A stretch of 64,000 nt of DNA from positions 1-64,000 of the IMG/VR virus record IMGVR_UViG_3300031885_000003. One strand, written 5' to 3'. Shown here piece by piece: positions 47,247-55,839 of the stretch (its first letter is position 1; every line of letters begins with the position of its first letter). Made by a program: the position numbers and the translations under genes. The notes under the pieces were generated by a model that was given only the letters and a program-made list of their open reading frames with translations, ran no database searches and was not told the DNA's origin. The stretch is from a virus.

Positions 47247-47702
47247 ATGACGAGAGGCTATTCGGCGATCGGCCTGTACCAGCCCAAGACGCCCGCAAAC
47301 ATCGGCGGCGTTCTGCGGGCAGCGGACTGTTACGGCGCGGCGCTGGTGGCCGTGCAGGGGCAGCGGTATAAGCGGATCGGAACGGACACGCTGGCGAGTT
47401 ACCGCCACATCCCCTTGTTGAACGTGCCGGACCTGCACGAGTGTGTGCCCTATGACTGCATCCCCATTGCGATTGAGAGAGCCGATGGTGCAAAACCGAT
47501 TCAAGATTTCACCCATCCCGAGCGGGCATTCTACGTGTTCGGCCCGGAAGACGGGAGCGTGCCGAAGGCTGTACAGGAATGGTGCAAGTGCGTGGTCTAT
47601 ATCCCAACGTGGCATTGTATGAACCTAGCGGCAACGGTGAACGTGGTGCTGTTTGACCGCGCCATGAAGCGCGGGGAATGGTCAAAAGGGGGTGACGCCT
47701 GA
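47247..47702 (+). CDS. SpoU/TrmH-family SPOUT RNA methyltransferase
   Basis: PK...NIG...RAA, VFGPE.G, V.IP...CMNLA motifs. Confidence 0.85.
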   Translation: MTRGYSAIGLYQPKTPANIGGVLRAADCYGAALVAVQGQRYKRIGTDTLASYRHIPLLNVPDLHECVPYDCIPIAIERADGAKPIQDFTHPERAFYVFGPEDGSVPKAVQEWCKCVVYIPTWHCMNLAATVNVVLFDRAMKRGEWSKGGDA

Positions 47703-48088
47703 TGTCCGCGATCCCCGAACTCAACGCGGTGCAGATCGCGGGTACGCTCGCCAGGGCGCCCAAAGCGAAGAAATCGAAGCAGGGGTTTGACGTTGCCGAA
47801 CTAACGTTGGTCAACAAACGCACCAGGACGCGCGGCGACACCGAGACGGTCACGCTCACCTACGTCATCGTGGAGTTCTGGGACAGGCCAGCGACGAAGT
47901 TGATCAAGCTGGACCTGAAGGCGGGGACGGGGATCATGATCGAGGGACTGTTGTGGTTGAGGGTTTGGACCAACAAAGTAACTGGAAAAGGCGAAAATCG
48001 CCTGATCGTCATGGGAAACACGTTTAGAGTGCTCGACACGCCAGACGCGGTGTACGAGCCAGAGGAGCCTGACCAATGCCAACCGTAA
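47702..48088 (+). CDS. ssb: Single-stranded DNA-binding protein
   Basis: LN.V.I.G.L...P, V..W...A, G..I.IEG.L....W OB-fold pattern. Confidence 0.8.
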   Translation: MSAIPELNAVQIAGTLARAPKAKKSKQGFDVAELTLVNKRTRTRGDTETVTLTYVIVEFWDRPATKLIKLDLKAGTGIMIEGLLWLRVWTNKVTGKGENRLIVMGNTFRVLDTPDAVYEPEEPDQCQP

Positions 48089-48573
48089 TCGTATCGCTAC
48101 CCCCAGGCGCACCGATAACCTTCTTCGTGCCGGGAAGGCCAGCAACAGCCGGGAGCAAACATGGATTCGCCCTCAAGAAGGGCGGCCAGTACACCGGCAA
48201 AGTCGTTATGGTAAACGACAACAAGCGGTACACGGACTGGCGGGCACTTGTGAAACACATCGCTTCACAGGCATATCAAGGTCCGCTACTCGATGGGCCG
48301 CTGTTTCTCAAGGCCCAATTTACGTTGCAGCGCCCAAAGTCTCATTACTACCAGACCAAAGCGCGGCTCGGTCAACTCAAAGACGACGCGCCACATTGGG
48401 TCACATCGAAGCCGGACTGCTCGAAGATCATCAGGGCGCTGGAAGACTCTCTGACTGGCGTGATCTGGACAGATGACTCCCGCGTAGTCCGTCTGGTAAC
48501 GGAGAAGGTCTACGGAGAGAAGCCGAGAACGGACGTGCAGATTTACGAACTGCGCAGGCGGGGACTGGCATGA
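48076..48573 (+). CDS. rusA: RusA-family Holliday junction resolvase
   Basis: PG.P...GSK, KPD..K..RA..D.LTG..W.DDS.V. Confidence 0.85.
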   Translation: MPTVIVSLPPGAPITFFVPGRPATAGSKHGFALKKGGQYTGKVVMVNDNKRYTDWRALVKHIASQAYQGPLLDGPLFLKAQFTLQRPKSHYYQTKARLGQLKDDAPHWVTSKPDCSKIIRALEDSLTGVIWTDDSRVVRLVTEKVYGEKPRTDVQIYELRRRGLA

Positions 48574-48836
48574 GCGACAGCGGTGCGCGCGCGAGGGCAT
48601 GGGCAACGAGGCGGCGGCTATACGGCGCGGCTGGCCATCGTGGATCGTATTCGGGTCATGGCGCACTCCGTTGTCGTGATTGTGAACGCATGATCGGTGT
48701 AATTGTGCGGCTGTACGCGGAAGGCGTATTGAGCGAAGGACAGGCGGCGAAAGCAACCGGGCGTGATCGCGTCTGGCTGCGAATAGCGAGGGACGAAATA
48801 ATAAATGACCACGGCGTGTGCCGCGAGGAGGGATAA
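48570..48836 (+). CDS. Hypothetical protein (paralogue of 54072-54344)
   Basis: RAWATRRRLYG, C..CERM, LSEGQAAKATG. Confidence 0.7.
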   Translation: MSDSGARARAWATRRRLYGAAGHRGSYSGHGALRCRDCERMIGVIVRLYAEGVLSEGQAAKATGRDRVWLRIARDEIINDHGVCREEG

Positions 48837-49216
48837 TGGGAAAGAAAGTCGAGATTGACTCGGAAGTGTTGGCCGAGATTCTGCGCACACATTCGCCAGC
48901 CTGTTGTCTAGTGGCCGCTGGTATTATCGCCGCTGCCGGCTGCGACGAGAAGGGTAGGCCGGTGCCCCTGACAGTAGGCGAAATTCAAGTAGTGATTGAC
49001 CATACAAAATCGACAACTTGGCCGATACGCAAGGTGTGTGACGGGGAATCGCTGGGTGATCGTGAATGGGTGCTGGCCACCCCCGCCGAACTCGCCCGTC
49101 TGCGCAAAGAACTTGGCGTGTCGAAGCCGGAAAAGACCTGTATGACCTGCGGCGATGCTGATGATTGTCACGTCAGCAAAACTGTAACGTGTAGGCGTTG
49201 TGGCTATCTACACTGA
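48836..49216 (+). CDS. Cys-rich hypothetical protein
   Basis: GGAGG RBS; TAATG coupling. Confidence 0.5.
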   Translation: MGKKVEIDSEVLAEILRTHSPACCLVAAGIIAAAGCDEKGRPVPLTVGEIQVVIDHTKSTTWPIRKVCDGESLGDREWVLATPAELARLRKELGVSKPEKTCMTCGDADDCHVSKTVTCRRCGYLH

Positions 49217-49295
49217 CTGATCCAAGCGTGATATTTCTATGCGCCGTTATTGTTGTGCTAGTGATATGCTGGGTTGTTACATTCAGGAGGTTGCC

Positions 49296-49625
49296 ATGAG
49301 CATGACTGACGCCGAACTCCAAGAACGCGTTGAAGCGCTGGCCGAGAAGATACGCCATGACATAGTTGTTGTTGCTGCAAATACAATGGCAAGCACACTA
49401 CTATGCGAACACGATCTTGTTCTCTATCACGCCGCCATGTTCGCCGCCCGCGCGCAGGGGGCGAAGGCAGAGCGGGAACGGTGTGCAGAAGATATAGTCA
49501 TCGCCCGTTGTAGCATTTGCCCCCACCAAGACGATCCCGAGCGCGAGACATGTGACAGATGCGAAACATATGCAGCCTTAAAAGCCATCCGCAACCCGGC
49601 CGCCGAAACAGGGAAGGAGCACTAA
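49296..49625 (+). CDS. Hypothetical protein
   Basis: AGGAGG RBS. Confidence 0.5.
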   Translation: MSMTDAELQERVEALAEKIRHDIVVVAANTMASTLLCEHDLVLYHAAMFAARAQGAKAERERCAEDIVIARCSICPHQDDPERETCDRCETYAALKAIRNPAAETGKEH

Positions 49626-50146
49626 TGGGCTTTACGCTTCATCTTGGAAAACACTACGCTGCATGTGGCTATCATATTGCTGATTGGCATCCGTTTGTTA
49701 CCACAGATCCACAAGAAGTCACCTGTGATGAGTGTCGTGAATTGATGTCAGACGCAACCCTTATACTTCGAGGAGTAGCGGCACTATTAGCACAAGAGGT
49801 AGCGCCCGAAATGGGGAAGGAGCAAGCCGATGCCAACCCCCGGAATAAACCGATGACCCCTGAGCGCCTGAAGGAAATCAAGGCAGCCGTAGGCGAAACA
49901 AAAACCTATCACCGGCCAGATTGTGAGTGTACGTTTTGCACGCATGTTTTGCCGCTGTGCGATGAAGTCGAGCGGCTACAGGCGCGAGTGGTAGAGTTGG
50001 AAGCAGAATTGCACCCAACGTTCAGGGTCCTCAAGGACATTGGCCTGAGCGTTGTAGACCCTCATATTATGTCATTCCCACTCTTACAGGCACCAAATGA
50101 AGAAGAGATTTTCGATGACACAGATGACTCTGCTTTTGAAGGTTAA
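49625..50146 (+). CDS. Hypothetical protein, apparent fusion of two cassettes
   Basis: Internal RBS repeat at 49806 and an internal MTPERL.EI start. Confidence 0.55.
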   Translation: MGFTLHLGKHYAACGYHIADWHPFVTTDPQEVTCDECRELMSDATLILRGVAALLAQEVAPEMGKEQADANPRNKPMTPERLKEIKAAVGETKTYHRPDCECTFCTHVLPLCDEVERLQARVVELEAELHPTFRVLKDIGLSVVDPHIMSFPLLQAPNEEEIFDDTDDSAFEG

Positions 50147-50157
50147 GGAGACCCCCG

Positions 50158-50403
50158 ATGCCAACGTATGACGTGACGCCGATGACGCCGGCGGAAGTAG
50201 AGGATGTACGTCGCTGCGTCGGTGAAGCAACTCATGGTGGTGCCCGATTATTAAAACGTTTTCTCGCCAGTCTCGACGCCGCGAACACGGTGCTGCGGGA
50301 GTTGGGGCAGCAAGCGCAGTCTTCGCTAGACATCTACGACAAGGAAATTATGGTTACGGTGTTAAAGGCCGTCATCGCGGCGGCGGAAAAGGTGAAGGCG
50401 TGA
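50158..50403 (+). CDS. Hypothetical protein
   Basis: TAAGGAG RBS. Confidence 0.55.
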   Translation: MPTYDVTPMTPAEVEDVRRCVGEATHGGARLLKRFLASLDAANTVLRELGQQAQSSLDIYDKEIMVTVLKAVIAAAEKVKA

Positions 50404-50572
50404 TGTGCCAATGCCAAGCCCGGCAACGCCTAAAGAGCCTATCCAAACATGCCCGGAAAGTTTACCGGGTCCGCAAAAGACGATTCATCGGTTGGCGAAC
50501 AACCGCGCAACTATACGCAGATGCGCTAGGTGAACTAGTAGAGGCCGTCCATGCGGCGGCGAGAGGAGAAAC

Positions 50573-50749
50573 ATGATGGGGCCGAACGTCCTAACGTTTC
50601 TGAACCAGTTCAAGAAATACAGCCAGAGGCAACTAGATAACATGCCCTACGAGGTTTTGCGCAGCTTAGTAATTGGTTGCATCAAAGCAGTCGCAGCCGA
50701 TGCCGCCAGGGCGGACGGCGAGAAAGGAGATGGAAGTGATAACACCTGA
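50573..50749 (+). CDS. 58-aa protein (paralogue of 51217-51381; 3' part also at 1-91)
   Basis: MMGPNVLTFLNQFKKYSQ.QLD.MPYE.LRSLV. Confidence 0.7.
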   Translation: MMGPNVLTFLNQFKKYSQRQLDNMPYEVLRSLVIGCIKAVAADAARADGEKGDGSDNT

Positions 50750-51075
50750 GCAGGAATTGAAAGATACCATTGCGAGTTTGAGTGCTGACAACGACTGCCT
50801 CAAGGAAGACACCACGGCACTGGGACTAGAAGCGGACCAGCTGAAGGAGGCGCTGGCGACGGCGAAGGAAGAACAGGAAGGGGCACAAGAAGAATCAGAC
50901 GGCAACACAGATCGCCGTCCAACAATTGAGGAGCTTGAAGCGATCCTTGGTAGAGATGACGAGACGGCTGTTGACATTTTGCCGAACGGCGAAGTTGTCG
51001 TAGAACGGCGACCGCGATCTGACGATAACCCGAAACCACTTACTTTCCGCGATAATCTTGGGGGTGAATATACAC
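50659..51075 (+). repeat. Direct repeat copy 2 (partner 1-416)
   Basis: Direct sequence match. Confidence 0.95.
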
Positions 51076-51104
51076 CGGATGTAACGATGAGAGGAGAGAC
51101 ATGA
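50730..51104 (+). CDS. Hypothetical coiled-coil protein (paralogue of 72-443)
   Basis: Near-identical N-terminal two thirds. Confidence 0.7.
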   Translation: MEVITPEQELKDTIASLSADNDCLKEDTTALGLEADQLKEALATAKEEQEGAQEESDGNTDRRPTIEELEAILGRDDETAVDILPNGEVVVERRPRSDDNPKPLTFRDNLGGEYTPDVTMRGET

Positions 51105-51216
51105 TGCTTGGATTTGCGATCTCATTGTCGATAATAGATGTAATCCTGACCTTGATAATTATTTCTAATGAACTGTACCGCATAGCCAACGCGCTTGAGT
51201 GGAGAAAGGACAAGTG

Positions 51217-51381
51217 ATGGGACCGAATGTGTTGACGTTCCTAAACCAGTTTCAGAAATATAGTCAGTACCAACTGGACCACATGCCATATGAGATTCTA
51301 CGCAGTCTAGTAACTGATTACCTGAAGACAGTCGCAGCCGATGCCGCTAGGTTAGGCAGCAAGAAAGGAGAGAGAACGTGA
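51217..51381 (+). CDS. Small protein, paralogue of 50573-50749
   Basis: MGPNVLTFLNQFQKYSQ; differences are largely synonymous. Confidence 0.7.
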   Translation: MGPNVLTFLNQFQKYSQYQLDHMPYEILRSLVTDYLKTVAADAARLGSKKGERT

Positions 51382-51824
51382 GTAAATTTAGGATTGAATA
51401 CCGCACCGTCAATTGTCACAAGGGGCCGCAGGACACGGGCGGCCTGGTGACGCATGAGCAATATGAAGTCTGTACGGAAGACGATTGTATTGCGATTTTC
51501 TTCAACGCAAAACTTGCGCAAGAGTATGTTGCCCTTCGCGCCGACAACGACCGCCTCCTCGCGCCCGCCGAGGTGTTCCCGCTATGGACATACATCAAAG
51601 AGGAAGTCGAGGTTAGGAAATGGAGTATCAACATGTTGTGCCGTGCATCGGGGTTGACCATTTTTATAATTGAGGCAATATCTCGGCGGGAACCCATCAC
51701 CCCCGAGATCGCCGCCGCCCTTGGCCGCGCGTTCGGCACTTGCGCGGAAAGGTGGCTGAATTTTGACCGCCGGTGGCAGAAACGGAAACAGGCGCTCGCG
51801 CAGGCGGAAGGAGAGGCACCGTGA
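51378..51824 (+). CDS. Fusion protein with C-terminal HigA-like HTH
   Basis: P...I.EE...R.WS...L...ITPE.A..LG.AFGT.AE.WLN. Confidence 0.7.
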   Translation: MSKFRIEYRTVNCHKGPQDTGGLVTHEQYEVCTEDDCIAIFFNAKLAQEYVALRADNDRLLAPAEVFPLWTYIKEEVEVRKWSINMLCRASGLTIFIIEAISRREPITPEIAAALGRAFGTCAERWLNFDRRWQKRKQALAQAEGEAP

Positions 51825-52021
51825 AGATCAAGCGGTACTGCACATGTGGCGGATACCAGACCGGAACAATCGTGCGGATGCCCCGGTTACAGGCCCAAGC
51901 GGATGCAATCTGGGCGGAACATACCGGACCCGGCCATGCCCCGTGTGACGCCAAGACCGCGACAAATGCGAGGCGTAACCAGGAGCGCCGCGCCGAGAGG
52001 GCGGAAGGAGAGGCGACGTGA
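51821..52021 (+). CDS. 66-aa protein flanked by direct repeats
   Basis: GTG start with AAGGAG; CTCG..H...GH..C. Confidence 0.6.
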   Translation: MKIKRYCTCGGYQTGTIVRMPRLQAQADAIWAEHTGPGHAPCDAKTATNARRNQERRAERAEGEAT

Positions 52022-52245
52022 ATCAGGAACGTATAGATAATCTGTTAAGCGGTATCCGAAACGTCGCGTTAGCTCTTAGGAAGACAATCGAGAATCCCGA
52101 ACCAGGCGACTCCGTTAGAAAGTTGAGCGAGGAAGAATGGATCGAACTTTATAGACTCGTTGGGCTTCTTCAAAAAAACGTGCAACAGATTCAGCAGGAA
52201 CAGGGGTTGCCATTATTGATGGTCGAAACGGAGAAAGGGACGTGA
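52018..52245 (+). CDS. Hypothetical helical protein
   Basis: GTGA overlap, RBS. Confidence 0.55.
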   Translation: MNQERIDNLLSGIRNVALALRKTIENPEPGDSVRKLSEEEWIELYRLVGLLQKNVQQIQQEQGLPLLMVETEKGT

Positions 52246-52574
52246 TGAGCATGAATGAACTTGCACACCAGATTCATGAATACGCCAAGGATAAAGGCTG
52301 GTACGACACGCACCCGAGCGTCGGTGAAATGTTGGCAAATGTCCACGCCGAAGTTAGCGAGGCGCTGGAAGAGTGGCGCAACGACCACATGGGCAAGTAT
52401 TTTGGAGAAGGCCACGATTGTAAGCCGTGCGGTTTTCCCTCAGAGATGGCCGACATCATTATCCGCGTGCTGGACATCTGCGCGTCGTTCGACATCGACA
52501 TCGACGCGGAAGTGTCGGCTAAGATGCAATACAACCAGACGCGCCCTTACCGCCACGGGGGCAAACTAGCATGA
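52242..52574 (+). CDS. MazG-like nucleotide pyrophosphohydrolase
   Basis: H.EVSEALE, E.AD.IIR.LD, KM.YN..RPYRHG. Confidence 0.85.
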   Translation: MMSMNELAHQIHEYAKDKGWYDTHPSVGEMLANVHAEVSEALEEWRNDHMGKYFGEGHDCKPCGFPSEMADIIIRVLDICASFDIDIDAEVSAKMQYNQTRPYRHGGKLA

Positions 52575-53035
52575 AACCCATCGGCGTAGTCCAATCCGCC
52601 CCGGCTGTGCGCGGCCTACTCGACGGCGGGACCGTGCTGTGGGTGCCAGCTACAAAAGATCCATCATGTACGCGGATCTTTTGGGTTGAGAATGAAACGA
52701 CATTCCCCAATGGCAAATACACGGGGTGGGTCAAGGATTGCGGTGCGCCTTTCTTGATTCCCATTAAACCGCCCGTTCAGTCCGGCGATGTGGTATGGAT
52801 CAAAGAGACGTGGTGCGAAATACCGTGGGAAGACGGTATGGGCAAACGATCTACACGGGTTCTGTATCGGGCGATAGAACCGGAACTATTTGACCGCACT
52901 GTCGGCGATAAATGGCGTTCCCCCGTCACCATGCCCCACTGGGCCTCGCGTTTCGAGCGCATCGTCACGGCTATCGGCATGGAGCGGCGGGACGGCATGT
53001 GGCAGTGGCGGATCGAGACGGAGATAACACCATGA
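52571..53035 (+). CDS. ASCH/PUA-like phage protein (divergent)
   Basis: VR.LLDG, GD.VW.KETW, WRS...MP.WASR. Confidence 0.65.
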   Translation: MKPIGVVQSAPAVRGLLDGGTVLWVPATKDPSCTRIFWVENETTFPNGKYTGWVKDCGAPFLIPIKPPVQSGDVVWIKETWCEIPWEDGMGKRSTRVLYRAIEPELFDRTVGDKWRSPVTMPHWASRFERIVTAIGMERRDGMWQWRIETEITP

Positions 53036-53376
53036 TGCCACCAAGGCATGTATGCAAAATGAAGCCGCTCAATGCCTATATCCGTGGATATCGGAATGGC
53101 GTTCAGTGGGCGGAAAAAGAGATTGCGGATTACAAATCAGCACTAGATAAGATGTTTACAATCGCCCTTGACGCTATCGGAAACAAGAGCGAAACGATTG
53201 CCGTTCGGGATGTGCTAGTTAAGGATAATTGGGAATTGCGCAAGCGGGTGGCGGAATTGGAATCAGCCTGTGAATCGAGCACCCTTAACCCCGTTGATAG
53301 CAAGACTATAGTAGCAATTGACCCCCTAAAAACGAGCACCCCATTGGGGATCGCTGAAAAAAGCGGGCAGGCATGA
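53032..53376 (+). CDS. Hypothetical protein
   Basis: GGAG RBS, ATGA overlap. Confidence 0.5.
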   Translation: MMPPRHVCKMKPLNAYIRGYRNGVQWAEKEIADYKSALDKMFTIALDAIGNKSETIAVRDVLVKDNWELRKRVAELESACESSTLNPVDSKTIVAIDPLKTSTPLGIAEKSGQA

Positions 53377-53579
53377 TTGATGGGCGCACTATTGTCTATA
53401 CATACCGCGGCCAGGTTCAGCGCCGCGATAAGGGCGGGAAACTTTATTGGTGTTGTGGCTATAACGACTATTCCTATGGTCTCATGATGACGAAAAAGGA
53501 ATGCCGCACCGAAGCCGCCGCCGAAGGTGTTAGAGCCGTATTCGTGGGCCGTGGTAAAGCGAAAGGTAGGCAGGCATGA
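53373..53579 (+). CDS. Hypothetical protein
   Basis: ATGA overlap at a junction repeat. Confidence 0.5.
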   Translation: MIDGRTIVYTYRGQVQRRDKGGKLYWCCGYNDYSYGLMMTKKECRTEAAAEGVRAVFVGRGKAKGRQA

Positions 53580-53645
53580 AAGCAGAATACTGGGCGGTTT
53601 TCAAATGGGGGCGGCTGATGGACTGTGGCAGTGGAGGATAGAGAC

Positions 53646-53840
53646 GTGAGCACAACGCGCGGACCAATAGACTTGGTTTGTGATGAATGCCAGAATTGGA
53701 AGGGTGGCAACCCCGGCGAGACGGCACGATTTATTCGGAAACTCTATAGAGCCGATGGATGGGAACGCTATAGGATTGATGGGGAACTGAAAGATTTATG
53801 TCCCGCGTGTCTCGGGAAGGACGAAGGATATTGGTGGTAG
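53646..53840 (+). CDS. Small Zn-binding protein
   Basis: CDEC...GW......DLCPAC; GGAGG before GTG. Confidence 0.55.
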   Translation: MSTTRGPIDLVCDECQNWKGGNPGETARFIRKLYRADGWERYRIDGELKDLCPACLGKDEGYWW

Positions 53841-53856
53841 AGAAAGGTGGGCAGGT

Positions 53857-54075
53857 ATGAGCGCAACACAACGGCGGGCGAAACGCGAGGCGCGGGAAGC
53901 ATATGAGCGGGCGCACCAAGAGCGGGTCGAGTGTGAGAGCGCGATCTTGGCGTCCTACCGCGGTAGCCTGGTTCCACGCCACCCACAACGGGTCATAAAA
54001 GCATTCTACCGCGCGCTGCTTGCCGCCGAACGTGACGCCAAGGCCGCACTGGATGCGGCGAAGGAGGGAATATGA
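53857..54075 (+). CDS. Hypothetical helical protein
   Basis: Starts in a junction repeat; ends ALDAAKEGI. Confidence 0.55.
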   Translation: MSATQRRAKREAREAYERAHQERVECESAILASYRGSLVPRHPQRVIKAFYRALLAAERDAKAALDAAKEGI

Positions 54076-54344
54076 GCACGTCAACCCCTGCTCGCATACG
54101 GGCATGGGCTACGCGGCGGCGTCTTTATGGTGCAAGCGGCCACCGCGGCTCATATGTCAGACACAAAGCAATACTCTGTGTTCGTTGTGAACGCATGACG
54201 CGGCTCATCGTGAAATTATATGCGGAGGGAACATTAAGCGAAGGGCAAGCGGCGAAAGCCACTGGACGTGGCCGCGTCTGGTTGCGAATAGCCGCCGAAA
54301 CTGAGGCTGAGGCCGCACTGGATACGGTGAAGGAGAAACTATGA
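54072..54344 (+). CDS. Paralogue of 48570-48836 with a replaced C-terminus
   Basis: Same core up to WLRIA. Confidence 0.7.
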   Translation: MSTSTPARIRAWATRRRLYGASGHRGSYVRHKAILCVRCERMTRLIVKLYAEGTLSEGQAAKATGRGRVWLRIAAETEAEAALDTVKEKL

Positions 54345-54727
54345 GCACAAGGGATAAACAGCAATTGATCCGTGCGGCGAATAAACTCAAATGGGTACGG
54401 GCGCTGATTGATCGCGTGAGCACGTTCGGCATATTTGAAGAAGCCACTGAAGGATTTGTCTGTACTGAAATCGGGTTAGGCGTAGTGCACGCTATGGGTA
54501 GTGAAAAACGGTGGAGTATCACGCACCTAAATAGCGGCTGCAAAGTGGGACGATTTCTAAATACGAAACGGGATGCGTTTGTTGCGGCATTGCAGTTGTC
54601 GCGATTACTTGATTTTAAACAAGGCGAGATCGATGTGCTCGCAGAAGCAAAACGGCGCAGTATCATGACTGCACAGATAATGGCAATTACGGAAGATCCA
54701 TATCGAAAAAAGGAGAAACCATGCTAA
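54341..54727 (+). CDS. Paralogue of 1057-1461
   Basis: Shared motifs over the full length. Confidence 0.7.
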   Translation: MSTRDKQQLIRAANKLKWVRALIDRVSTFGIFEEATEGFVCTEIGLGVVHAMGSEKRWSITHLNSGCKVGRFLNTKRDAFVAALQLSRLLDFKQGEIDVLAEAKRRSIMTAQIMAITEDPYRKKEKPC

Positions 54728-54779
54728 TACAAAATCATGTAACCGATATGCGTAAAGACGCAACGGCGAAGGAGAAAGT

Positions 54780-54980
54780 ATGAAAGACTGGCCCGGTAAA
54801 TGCCCCTACTGTGGTGGAACCACAGGGTTATACATGAAAACCAAGGCCGATGTGACTCAGTGGGTGCTATGGAATGGCGAAATTGAGGACACGGAAATAG
54901 GAATTGTGACACTCCGCAAACGCGCGGAATGTATAGACTGCGGGCGCATCGTTACGATACCAGGCACGGCAAAGGAGTAG
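54780..54980 (+). CDS. Zn-ribbon protein
   Basis: CPYCG...CIDCG; RBS. Confidence 0.6.
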   Translation: MKDWPGKCPYCGGTTGLYMKTKADVTQWVLWNGEIEDTEIGIVTLRKRAECIDCGRIVTIPGTAKE

Positions 54981-54982
54981 GC

Positions 54983-55675
54983 ATGACCGACAAGCCAATG
55001 AAACCGCTACTGATGTGCGGCCCCATGGTGCGGGCGTACATGGCGGGGCTCAAGTGGTGTACCCGCCGCGTAGTCGTGCCACAGCCGGAACAAGATGGAG
55101 ATAGATTTTGGTGGCACGGCGATTGGGATACCCGTGGCGGGCCACACGCTGGCGTCTGTACACACGGCAAACCCGGTAACGGTGAACCAACGTGGACCCT
55201 AAAGGAAATTGCCGAACACGCCCGCTATCAGCCCGGCGATCTGTGCTACATCCGGGAACGTCAGCGGGTGATCGAGGTTAGGAGGCATCACCTTATCCGC
55301 GTCCGCTACGAAGCCGATGGGGCCGAAAGTGATTGGATTGAATACCCGGAGCGTTGCAAATGGAAACCTATCGTCGGCAAATGCCTACCTTATGGTGGTA
55401 TCCGCGAAACTGCGCGGTTGTTTCCGCCGATCACGGACACGCGGGCCGAGCGACTGTGGGATATTACGGAAGAAGATGCGATAGCCGAGGGCGTAGCAGA
55501 AGGGGAATGGTACGATTATGTGGAACATCAACAAATAGGTGGTGTAGCACTTCCATACGGGATTTTCGAGACGACATTTATGTGCCTATGGGATAGTCTC
55601 AACGCCGCACGCGGCTACCCCTTTTACAGCAACCCGTGCGTGTTCCGGTATGGGCTGGGGAAGGAAGAGGCATGA
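54983..55675 (+). CDS. ASCH/PUA-like phage protein (paralogue of 440-1060)
   Basis: High nucleotide similarity except for one variable internal segment. Confidence 0.75.
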   Translation: MTDKPMKPLLMCGPMVRAYMAGLKWCTRRVVVPQPEQDGDRFWWHGDWDTRGGPHAGVCTHGKPGNGEPTWTLKEIAEHARYQPGDLCYIRERQRVIEVRRHHLIRVRYEADGAESDWIEYPERCKWKPIVGKCLPYGGIRETARLFPPITDTRAERLWDITEEDAIAEGVAEGEWYDYVEHQQIGGVALPYGIFETTFMCLWDSLNAARGYPFYSNPCVFRYGLGKEEA

Positions 55676-55839
55676 GCGATGTATGGCTTAGATATTTTTG
55701 TTGGCGCTGTAGGCTCTGGAATGCACTTGAAAAGTGCCGTTCATGTAAGGGTACATGTTCACAACCAGGATCGAGAGCTAGTGCTGAAATTGCGATTGAA
55801 GCGCGAAAGCGTGGGGAACTATGGAAGGAGCAGGCATGA
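55672..55839 (+). CDS. 55-aa Cys-rich protein flanked by direct repeats
   Basis: CWRC...CRSC; ATGA overlaps at both ends. Confidence 0.55.
   Translation: MSDVWLRYFCWRCRLWNALEKCRSCKGTCSQPGSRASAEIAIEARKRGELWKEQA

Noticed and set aside
1-50659. Terminal redundancy of one circularly permuted 50.6-kb genome
   Set aside because: The copies differ by substitutions and diverge into different downstream genes after ~416 nt, so they are paralogous segments rather than an assembly overlap.
440-55675. Diversity-generating retroelement template/variable repeat pair
   Set aside because: No reverse transcriptase, and differences between repeat copies are not adenine-specific.
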